64,000 bases of DNA, taken from assembly GCA_002269645.1 (NCBI GenBank), contig NIVC01000012.1:992001-1056000 (forward strand). The letters run 5' to 3'. Below are positions 27,145 through 37,689 of the stretch, piece after piece. Every line of letters begins with the position of its first letter. The stretch's first letter is position 1. The translations under genes were made by a program, and so were the position numbers. Source of the stretch: Macrostomum lignano. Taxonomy: Eukaryota. Under the pieces are notes generated by a model. The model searched no databases. It was not told where the DNA came from and worked only from the letters and a program-made list of their open reading frames with translations.

Positions 27145-27515
27145 ACGAAATACCGGAATAACTAGCTCGAATCGTCCAACCGGACTGAATACGGACGAAA
27201 TACCGGATTAACTAGCTCGAATCGTCCAACCGGACTGAATACGGACGAAATACCGGATTAACTAGCTCAAATCGTCCAACCGGACCGAATACCGGACCAA
27301 CTAGCTCGAATCGTCCAAACGGACTGAATACGGACGAAATACCGGATTAACTAGCTCGAATCGTCCAACCGGACCGAATACCGGACCAACTAGCTCGAAT
27401 CGCCCAACCGGACCGAATACCGGACGAAATACCGGATTAACTAGCTCGAATCGCCCAACCGGACCGAATACCGGACGAAATACCGGATTAACTAGCTTAA
27501 ATCGTCCAACCGGAC
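27145..27515. repeat. ~41-50-bp tandem repeat (GACGAAATACCGGATTAACTAGCTCGAATCGTCCAACCGGAC...)
   Basis: Direct periodicity with internal deletion variants. Confidence 0.85.
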
Positions 27516-28789
27516 ACAGTGTCCGACCTTGGTTAGGAACCTTAATTTCTCCATTTTCATTGCGAACGTTCTTTATTTCTGAGTTATACTTCTGAATTAA
27601 GGACTTGCGCGCACATTTAATTGTTTTAATAATGAAAGTTCGTTAATTACCGCGACATATTCATGGCAGCTTGCAGTGTAGCATCAAGCTATATATATGC
27701 ATAACCTTCTATTCGCATTGGGTGCTGATGTTTTCATATTTATCATTTCTGTTAACCGATTTTAGATTGCTCTAGCAAAATGTTGAAAAGAATCTGCAGC
27801 TGCTACAGGTGACGTGAATATTGCAGTGAAACGAAATGTTATAGCTAATTATTGAGGATACATTGAGTTATTAAAGAGTAACTAACACTTTTAACCATTG
27901 TAAAGTATAAGTATTGCAATGCTAATATTACTCACAAATACTTTTATACTAGCATAGGTTTAATATACTCGTACGACCGAAATGAAAAGTGAAAAACTAC
28001 GGTAGCAGCTCTGGCAGCAAAAAACCGACTTTATTGACTTCAAGAGATGTGTACGTTTCAATATTGAGCATATGCTGCAGCTACATGATCTCTAGCATTT
28101 ACATCTACATAGACGGTAGATGCTAGTAATCTCTAGCATTTGTACCATCTATATACTCGTATATATTCGCTATCTAAAGCTGCGACAGCAGATCTGAAAA
28201 CAGACGCAATCGAAGATATATATTCGTATGCAGGACTGTACGTTTCACCCCCAAAGCCAGAAGGCAGAAAAAACCTGCCCATATAGCATGCACATGCTGT
28301 TATGAATTGCTGATCAGTCCCATCGAGGCATGATCGTAAGATTGTAAGATCTTATCGTAAGCTATGATCATAATGATCAAATGAACATATGATCTTACCA
28401 TCATAACGTTGCATTATTCCAGCGAATAGCTGCCGGCTGCAGTACGCCACGTGGCTAGCTGGACCTGCAGTAGGACGAGCAGGAGCCTGCTCATCGTCGT
28501 GACTTATAATGCGTACAACCGACGTTATTCCAGAAGACGAGCCGAGGTCGGGTTGCACCCCTTCGCGGTTGCGCAAGGGCGCCTTTTAGACAAATTATTC
28601 TCCTGGCCCGAACGCTTCGGACGGTGGCGCTTAGAGACGCCGAGGCGTATGCGAGCAGTCTCAGTGCACCTGATTACGATGTACAGTAGGGAGTCTTTAA
28701 ACTATGTAATACAAAATTCTATCCCCAATCAAATCATCGGGGTCCTAACATGTTAGAGAGTTTGGGAAGACAATCCCCATTATCATGAT

Positions 28790-29190
28790 CTTTAAAGAAC
28801 TGAACCAAGAACAGGCGTAACTAGGAGTTGAGATACCTCACTGGCATATTCTCGATGTGATCAGGTAAATTCTCCGCGCGTAGAAACTCTTAGTTTGCGA
28901 ATATGCAATTCAGTTTGCTTAACCGTCGACTTCCGTTTACTTTCTTGCTCCACATGATGTAGGCCAGCTTCTTCTTCTGTCAATGCACGAAACAGGTTTC
29001 CAACCTGATCTTCCGGCGTAGGATTGCGTAGTTCCTCATCAATTAGCCTCTCTTGCTCATCCGTCAGCCCTGTCCATTGACCGATTCTGTCGACATGGTC
29101 CCGAGGATCGAGATGCGTGATGAAATCGAGCTCATCTGAGCTCAATCCACTAATTTCGTCTTCGCGTATTGAAGAATAACGCAGCTTCTA
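28790..29190 (-). pseudogene. N-terminal fragment of a Crypton-like recombinase (copy 3), related to copy 1
   Basis: EDEISGLSSDELDF...QWTGLTDEQERLIDEEL...RALTEEE...KSTVKQTELHI aligns with the 13890 ORF (EEDVSGLEMNEIEF...QWTGLTVRQQELIDAEL...RELTEEEE...KSTTDQTALHV). After a frameshift, LPDHIENMPVRYL matches LPDNIETMPIRYL. Confidence 0.75.
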
Positions 29191-29399
29191 CCCCATTTGG
29201 CCGCTCCATATATATCTATGGTTCAATGCAACAATTCTTTCTTTGGCCCGGCCAAAGAAACAGCGGTCCGGGCCAGAGAAATCAACTCAACAACAGTATA
29301 TTTATTATCAGAAAGTGATGTAATAAAACAACATTAACAATGCAATATTAAAGGAAGAAATTTTTTACGATGCTGTATTTTGTCACTTCAATCATTCAA

Positions 29400-30761
29400 T
29401 CATTCGAAATAGATGCTCACTTTGTTTGTATCGCCACACACCTCCAGGCGCATTCTCTTCACCCTTGGTTGACCACTGCCAACGCCACCGTCCATCTCGT
29501 CTCCAGCCCCGGCCGGCTCGGTTTTTGCTGCACTTTCCGGTTTCGTTTCAGCAGCTGCAGATCCAGCTAGGATGGCGCTGGAAGTTTTCTCTTGACTCAT
29601 TGAGATGCCAATGTAGCGCTCTAAAGCGTTGCTACTGTGCCTGGTCACACGTGCTATGTCAGCTCGTTGCACGCCAGCCTCGTTCAGGGTGGTAGCGCAG
29701 GTCTTGCGTAGACTTTGATTAGTGTAGCGTGTACCATTACCAGGCGAAACATCGTTCACTAAAGTCTTGACAGTGTCAGCCAGGGTGTGCCGTCCCATTG
29801 GCGTCCGCATAAACCACTCGGCGCGGCTGTCTGGCTTCCACTGACGATTGCATGACAAGATAAGAGCTTCATGGCACTCACGTGGCCGACGCGCGCAGTA
29901 GTCCGTGTACACACAGACAATGCACCTGGCATGATCTTCGGTGTGGAAAGCTCTGACAACCTTGGGTTCGCGACGAAGGCCCTTTAGGCCGCCTTGATTG
30001 GATTTCGTTCCAGCGTTGTCTCTATAAACCAAGCAGAATTCATTGTCTACCTTCTCCAGTTGGATTTGGCGGTTGTACACCAGACCACGCAGTTCGGATC
30101 CCCCGCGGAGAGCAAAGTGCTTACCGACGCACCAGATCAGAGCACTCACTAGCTGTTTTGGCGTATCCCGACCAAGCATGCCACTTTGCCACAGCTTGTC
30201 TTCTATGCTGGCAGGAACAGGCTCAGCTCTACGCAGTCCACTACCTCTGCCCTCTCGAGTACTCATCTTTATTGAAGCGTCCAACGCCCGTCGACTCTCA
30301 GCGAATTCCACATCCTTCCACAGGCTAAACGGTTTCTTGCAGTCGTTGACTAGGTAGTACTGCAACATACTGAAAAAGTCCTTCAACGTAGAAGCAGTGT
30401 ACCGAGAGCCACTCTTTGTACGCACCTCCAGTATGAACCATTTAAGTAGATAGTTAAGGTCCGATTTGCTCATGTCGGCAAGATCGGCAAGAAACATCAG
30501 AGCAGGACCACCATTAGGTTCGGATTTTGCCCACTGTTCCTTCTTCTTGTCGTGCCAGCGTCGAAAAACTTCCACCATCCATTGACACTTCTTCTTTGTT
30601 CCCTCCGGAATAACAGATTTAATTATTTATTCTAGCCTCTGCTCCTCAATAGCAAACTCCAATTCTCCATCTGTAGGAACGCCTGTAGCACTCAATAAAT
30701 CGTCGATTGTCGCAAAGTCGAGTGGCATAAAGTCGATCCCGAGATCAAAATCTAAATCCAT
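29400..30761 (-). pseudogene. DUF3504-like (Crypton) tyrosine recombinase, copy 2; near-intact with one in-frame TAA at 30627-30629
   Basis: ORFs 30627-30824 and 29400-30578 are in frame (RLE*IIKSVIPEGTKKKCQWMVEVF). Catalytic-type motifs HFALRGGSELR, YTNQSLRKT (H to Q), RVTRHSS and ALERY. Confidence 0.82.
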
Positions 30762-31307
30762 GCTTGTGATTGTTGCGTTGTTCAAATAAAGTTGCAAACT
30801 AAAGAGTAAAGAAAGATCGTGCATGGGTCTTCTCTAGGCGAGGACCTATACTAAAAAGAAGTCTTGACCATAGACACTTACAACACGACTCTGACGGACT
30901 GACCAAATGAGGCAGAAATATATTCTTTCCGTTTCTACGCCTCGGCCAAGAAACGAGTTCTCAGCCAAGCGGTTTGGACCAAAGAAGTAAAGAAACGGAA
31001 AGAACTTATACATATTCGACAAACAGTAAAGTAATAAAAACACGATGGATTTTTCTTTCTAACATGACTTCAACATGACTTAATATGACAGGTCTCGAGT
31101 GCTTAGGCCATAGACAAGTCAGGAAGAAGCGGGCGAGAAACGAAGCCAATAGCTTACTTCAAATGGAATTTGACCATAGAATGGATTCAGCGGGCGTGAA
31201 ATGGTATTTCTCGCCCGCTGCGTTGGCAGGCTTAGATTGGCTACAATACTAATATAGTTAGGCTGTTAAGGGCAGAAATGAGCGAAACAGACTATATTAA
31301 TATATTA

Positions 31308-33052
31308 TTGGTTTTGTCAGCCTAACTGAGAATAAAGCCATCCAAAGTGAGAATCCTGCCTACGCTGACTGCGAAGGGCCTGGCTGCGTGCAGCCTTAGT
31401 CTATGGGCCATAGACAATAAAGGACAAGCAAAGTGATAAAAAGCCATCATATGTGAGAATCGATTGGTCTATGCGTCGTATTCTTTTATTTTTATGCCTT
31501 CTGAGCCATATGAATAGCCAATAGCTTGAACGGAATAACGGAAACAGGAACACACTGGATGATACAGTACAGTAAAGTAAAGAGTTAAAATAGCCGTCCC
31601 TCAATGCACTGCCCAAAGAGTCGTCTGCAATGCAGGTCCCACGCGGCAGCCTTCCCAGCAGTGACTGTGTCGTCAATCGCTTCGCGCGCCTCCCTCTCTA
31701 ACAGCATGAATCGCCACTCCTCTTGGTTGACGCCATCTGGAGCAACGGCCTCCTCGTTGACTAGTCCAGCGTCTGCCCGGCGGCTTTTGATCCGTGCCTT
31801 CAGTGCACTGTTGGCCAGTTCCGATGGGTTGAGAAAGGGTGAGTATGGCGGCAGGATGCGAATCGAGATTTCTCTTGTAGTTGCTCCGGCACCCTGGCTC
31901 CCCTGTGGAAGTGCGGGCCGTCCATCACAACCAGCCAGCTTCCATCGGCATCGAGCTCATTGCATCGCTCTGCCAAGAAGTTGATGAACTCCTGGAAGCG
32001 AACCAGCGTCTGACCACCCCGCTGCACGGTCGAGTGCACCAGGCCAAACTCTGCGCAGATAGCCATGCAGACGGTCACGTTTGGGCCTCTTTGTGTCGTC
32101 ACAGTCCGCTTAACAGGGCGACCCCTGATAGCACGGCCTTGCGATCGCCGTAGCCACAAGTTGAATCCAGTTTCGTCCAAATAGACGATGTGTACGGAGG
32201 CGTCAAGGTGCAGCATGAAGTTGGCATATTCTCTCCGGGCCTCGATGTTTTCAGGCAGATTGCAGCTCGCTCTGGTGTCACTGCCCTTCGTTCCGAGCTT
32301 CAGGGTGTATAGCATCCCTTGGAGCATCCGATCGACCGTCTTGTACCCCACTTGAGGCTTCTCCGGAAACTGTGCAGCCATGCAGTTGGCCATCTCTTTT
32401 AACGTTAGGAAGGGGTTCTCTTGCAGCTTCTGGTTCAGAAATTGCCGCATTTCATCATCAACTTTAAGAAGTCGTTGACCACCGCGAGGAAGCGCCTCAG
32501 TTCTTCCTTCTAGGCGATGCTGACGGGCAATTCTATAGGCAGTTGAGAAAGGCAGTTGCAGGACGGCTGCTGCTTCCCTTAGTGAGCTTCCATTTTCAAT
32601 GGCCGCAATGAGTCGCTGGTGGTCCACAGATGAGGCGGGCATTTTTATTGCAGTGGTGAAGACTGAACTCTGTTAATTCTAAGTGTTGGATAAATAGGCA
32701 AGAAAGCAACGAGACTGTGGGTGATGGAGAAGCAGTGATGGAGTGTTGCGCTTGGAGGAGTAGAGAGAGCTGGGGAAAAGAGAAAAAGCGATCGATTCTC
32801 ACATTGGATGCCTTTTTAAAACTTTGCTTGTCCTTTATAGTCTATGGCTCATAGACTAAGCTGGACGCAGCTAGGCCCTTCGTATTTAGCGTAGGCAGGA
32901 TTCTCACATTGGATGGCTTTTTATCACTTTGCTTGTCCTTTATTGTCTATGGCCCATAGACTAAGGCTGCACGCAGCCAGGCCCTTCGCAGTTAGCGTAG
33001 GCAGGATTCTCACTTTGGATGGCTTTATTCTCAGTTAGGCTGACAAAACCAA
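31308..33052 (-). mobile_element. Tc1/IS630-superfamily DNA transposon with ~150-bp TIRs and TA flanks
   Basis: TA|TTGGTTTTGTCAGCCTAACTGAG... at 31308 and its reverse complement ending at 33052|TA. The right end carries an extra ~108-bp subterminal duplication. Confidence 0.88.
31585..32642 (-). pseudogene. Tc1/IS630-type HTH + DDE transposase with one frameshift near 31865
   Basis: N-terminal HTH; VYLDETGF; VVMDGPHFH; in the shifted frame IRILPPYSPFLNPSE (D-to-E spacing about 33-34). Confidence 0.85.
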
Positions 33053-33867
33053 TACTTTGTGAACGCTCGAAGAATGGGCCGAAATTGGACTGACTCGATC
33101 GTCAACCACAACTTTGCGGCCACGATTTTGGCCGGGTTGGCTGCCACGCATCTATGACCGTTAGTTTTTCGTCCAGAGACGGTGCTCGAACTGAACTCCT
33201 CGTCGTAGAATGAAGTTCGTAACAGAGCGCGAATCGCTTTTCAAAGTGCAGCTTCGCAGACGTCCTCGGATTGCTCTATGTCGACCTGTGCTTTATGCAG
33301 AGCTGCTCTGTACATGTAACTCTGCAAGGCTTCTATAAGATGCATTCGACGATCTTCTGGAACCAACAAATACGCCTGCTGTTCCGGCAATGTTACCATT
33401 CGCGCAGCCTTGGAGGCGGTTGAGGCGTTAGTGCAGTATGTGCTCAATAAGGCGCGGGTCTGGGCAACCGACATATTTCTGTCTGTCGATATTTCCAGAA
33501 CCTGCTCCTCCATCTGAAGTTCTCCAGCTTCTGGTGTTGAATTTGAATCGACCTCTAAGCCAGGACTCTCTGTCACAATGGCGCTCGACTGCATTGCGGA
33601 GGTGTCGCGGAGCTGATCAGCGTCGTTGCTCGTTTCAGTTGCAACTGGAGCACGACTAGTACTGGCGTTCACGCCATCGAACTTCTCAGCGCTTCTCGTC
33701 AGTGACTTCTTTTGTTCATTTCTTTTCATTTTTTCACGTGTAGAATGCTTATCCACTTTCTTTTGTTTTCTCATTTCTTTCAACCGCAAACCATCTTGCT
33801 CTGTGGCTTCAATTTCTGCAGGTGCAAATGCAAATACTATTGTAGAAGTGCAAATACGATTGTGCAA
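33053..33867 (-). pseudogene. Putative BEN-domain-like ORF with one in-frame stop
   Basis: Reading through the TGA at 33241-33243 gives KAIRALLRTSFYDEEFSSSTVSGRKTNGHRCVAANPAKIVAAKLWL, reminiscent of the BEN consensus. The frame ends at the Tc1 TA target. Confidence 0.4.
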
Positions 33868-34613
33868 GTGAAAATACTATTGTGTAAAAACTATTGTGAA
33901 GGAGCGTCTGTCAGGTAGCGGCGCCTCATGCAATCGGAACGTACTACGACGACTTTAAGGATCATAGTGATTCCAAAATATAAAAGGACTTTCTCTAGAC
34001 GATCAAATGAATGATGAGGATTAGGGATTGTGGAATGTGAGATTATGAATAGCCTGACTATTGCTTGTCCACGATGTGATACAAAGCTTGTAGGTAGGCT
34101 GGTCACTTGATGGCAGCCTTATGATAGCAGCATCGGGGAGACACGATCGCCATGTGCTGGAATAGGGAATGCACGAAAAGACCCATGATCAAGATTAGGC
34201 AGAAGTCAAGAATACACAAGGAAATCAAGCTTATTTTCTAATCTTACCTGCTTACCTGCTATCTTCCGAGCAAACTGTTTTGTTTAGTAGGCAACATTAA
34301 TTTAGAAACCGAGACAAAAGCACATTTTTAACTTTCCGGTGAAGGGAAGTTCGAAGTTGAGTCAAATCTGGGCAAGGTGCAGAAAGTCGGCTGTTTTGCA
34401 CTGAAAAAAAGCTAAAATAAAATTTAGATAAGATTTCAAGCTTGAACAGCTGGCCAAATTTAGAACTGCGATTTCATGTTTTTCCGGTCGATCTTGAACT
34501 GCTTGTGCATAAAAGCAGTCCTCGAACGGGAATGACTGTCTGCCTGCAAGACGACACAAATTGATACGATCCTTGTCGCAGTTAGGACAGACTGAAACAA
34601 TCCTGCTGACAGA

Positions 34614-36300
34614 ATGCGGCTTATCTTGCTCATCACACTGGCTCTGCTAGCTGCAGTGACTATTGGTGAGTGACCGGTTTTGAATACAAAGACAGAGAGT
34701 GACTGACCAGGTGTTTCACTTTATGAATGAGTGACCTAGCGCATGACTGACTGAGTGTGAGACTTAATGAGTAATCGACTGAGTGACGTAGCGAGTAACC
34801 GAGTTAGTGACCCAGTGAGTGCATACATGTAGTGAGCGTCTGAGTTTGTTTCCAACTTCGGAGGCAATGTTCGCAGCAAAAAATAAGCGCATTCGAAAAC
34901 GCCGCAAAAATCGCAGGTCAAGGCGCTTCGCTCAGCTGCTCAGATGACTCAGACTGCCCAAACCACAGGCTCTGCTGTCACACCGAAGATGACACAGGAC
35001 CATTCGAGAACCGCGACTTTGGAGTTTGCGCAGCTCGTTGCTCGGTTGAGGAAACTCCCAGGTGAGTCGCTACGCTCGTACCCGAGTTCAGCTGCAGTTT
35101 TTGCAGAAACATTGGACTCGCAACGCATCAAAGTCAATATTTCAGATACTTTGAGTGCAAAATAATCTGCCAAACCGCAGACACACAGCACAGCAAACAC
35201 CCGTCCGCAGACACACAGCACATCAAACACCTATCCGCCGACACACAGCACATCAAACACCCATCCGCAGACAAACAGCACATCAAACATCCGTCCGCAG
35301 ACACACAGCACATCAAACACCTATCCGCAGACACACAGCACATCAAACACCCATCCGCAGACACACAGCACATCAAACACCTATCCGCAGACACACAGCA
35401 CATCAAACACCTATCCGCAGACACACAGCACATCAAACACCTATCCGCCGACACACAGCACATCAAACACCCATCCGCAGACAAACAGCACATCAAACAT
35501 CCGTCCGCAGACACACAGCACATCAAACACCTATCCGCCGACACACAGCACATCAAACACCCATCCGCAGACAAACAGCACATCAAACATCCGTCCGCAG
35601 ACACACAGCACATCAAACACCTATCCGCAGACACACAGCACATCAAACACCCATCCGCAGACACACAGCACATCAAACACCTATCCGCAGACACACAGCA
35701 CATCAAACACCTATCCGCAGACACACAGCACATCAAACACCTATCCACAGACACACAGCACATCAAACACCCATCCGCAGACAAACAGCACATCAAACAT
35801 CCGTCCGCAGACACACAGCACATCAAATACCTATCCGCAGACACACAGCACATCAAACACCCATCCGCAGACACACAGCACATCAAACACCTATCCGCAG
35901 ACACACAGCACATCAAACACCCATCCGCAGACAAACAGCACATCAAACATCCGTCCGCAGACACAAGCGCAGCCTCGGGGTCTTAGCCAGAGCCCTAGGC
36001 ACCATCATTCGGAGACTCGCCCGTTGGTACCGAAGCCGCGGTGTTGGCTCTACAACCAGCACTGGACTTCGGGTCATCACCCGCCGAGGCGGCTTCAGAC
36101 AGGCCAACAGAGACTTCGACAAGTTCGTGAGGCGATCGGACATCGAATCGGTGCGCCCAATTCCGGGCGTCGGTCGAGTCGCAATCGGCAAAGACGGCTA
36201 CAGGATGATCGTCAGGCAGCGAAGCAAAGACGGCAGACCGACGTTGGAACTGCAGAATAGCTCGGGCAAGTCCATCATCAAGTACCGGTACGAGCCATGA
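34614..36300 (+). CDS. Secreted prepro-protein A: signal peptide + 6-Cys acidic pro-domain + RHKR site + bacterial-toxin-like C-terminal domain; exons 34614-34665, 34917-35061, 35961-36300 (178 aa)
   Basis: MRLILLITLALLAAVTI|G (GTGAGT donor); exon 2 CSDDSDCPNHRLCC...VCAARCSVEETP ending in phase 2 (CCCAG|GTGAGT); CCGCAG|ACACAAGCGC restores RHKR and an open frame to KYRYEP*. The same structure is conserved in paralog B. The splice model is inferred. Confidence 0.72.
35176..35960 (+). repeat. 30-bp tandem repeat x26 (CGCAGACACACAGCACATCAAACACCYATC) containing the exon-3 acceptor
   Basis: 26 ten-residue units in ORF 35155-36300; each unit contains CCGCAG|ACA or a close variant. Confidence 0.93.
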
Positions 36301-36644
36301 GTTCTAACTCCTGCTTGTGTTTGTTGATAACCTTATTTACAATCTTTTCCGGAGAGGTGCGAACAATTCGTTAAAACAAGCAAATTCTTTCGTTGTGTTT
36401 CAGTAAGTGCTCCTTGTAGTAGTACAATCCGAAAATTATTCGCCAACTGACTATGAATGCATTATTTTTATTAAATGTTGATTGTAATTTTTTCTATTTG
36501 ACTGTTTCAAATATACCGAACTGGCAGTTTTTCTGACTGCGAATGGCTTGGCTACGTATTTAATGATGAGTTGAAACAGTTAGATAACTTCATTATATGA
36601 ATTAAGTATTGTTAAATTTACCCTGCCTGCACGATCAACATGTA

Positions 36645-37639
36645 CGAGGGGTGTCCAAAAAGTAGTGATACTTTTAACCGTAGCTCTCGTTCTGTAGCTT
36701 CCTGTGATTTAAAATTTTATGAACTGATAGCGGAAAATCTCTTCTACAGACTGCTTTTTGAATTTTTAAAATTGATACCAGAGAACAAAAGTTATACCCA
36801 CAAAAGTAACAGTACCTGTACCATAGAGTTACACAAATTATAGGCTGAGCTTCACGAGATCCATGCCGAGTAAGCTTCGATGAATTGTTGATTTCGGCTT
36901 GTCCAACCTGTCAGCGATCTCTCTAATGGTCATTCGGGAGTCCTCGTCAAGAAGATTCAGAATGGAGTCCGCCAGTACATCAGGTCGATGAACGTATGGC
37001 CGCCCCGTCCAATGCTGATCTGCCAAGTCAATCCTTCCCTCGCTGAACTGCTCCATCCATCGATAAACTGTCATTTTGCTGACCGCAGAGGATCCGTGCG
37101 CAGAGCAAAGTTTTGCGTGAATTTCTGAGGCACCATGGCCAGCGCCCCAAAGAGTGAAGATAGTACTTTGCTGAGCAACAACTGAGTGCACATTCATGTG
37201 TGTTGTCGAGTATGGGCAATGAAATCATGAACGAATCGCAAAATGCAAGCGATCCTCTGTTTGCAAGTAAAGTAATGCATTTAATGCTTTATTTTTTCTG
37301 CGCCTGATCCCGTCCATAGATAAATTTCAGTCAGTCACAGTGAGCATCATTTTGCAATTGGGGTTTGGTATTGCTTAAACAAGACATTTATCGATGCCTT
37401 CTTAATGAATGAGTGCAGAAGTCAACTATTATAAATTTCGATATAATTTGTGTAACTCTATGGTACAGGTACTGTTACTTTCGTGGGTATAACTTTTGTT
37501 CTCTAGTATCAATTTTAAAAATTCAAAAAGCAGTCTGTAGAAGAGATTTTCCGCTATCAGTTCATAAAATTTTAAATCACAGGAAGCTACAGAACGAGAG
37601 CTACGGTTAAAAGTATCACTACTTTTTGGACACCCCTCG
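36645..37639 (-). mobile_element. Internally deleted mariner element with ~198-bp inverted ends and TA flanks
   Basis: TA|CGAGGGGTGTCCAAAAAG ... CTTTTTGGACACCCCTCG|TA. The internal ORF 36838-37197 is a mariner N-terminal HTH (ASEIHAKL...SKMTVYRW..QFSEG...GRP), truncated before the catalytic domain. Confidence 0.9.
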
Positions 37640-37689
37640 TAGCTTTTCACTCAATTGTCTCAGTTTTTCACTCACTCGTTTAATCACTC

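Noticed and set aside
35134-35964. 276-aa Cys-rich ORF (CVSADGCLMC repeats) and similar antisense ORFs at 40933-41597
   Set aside because: Antisense translation of the 30-bp repeat; no independent coding evidence.
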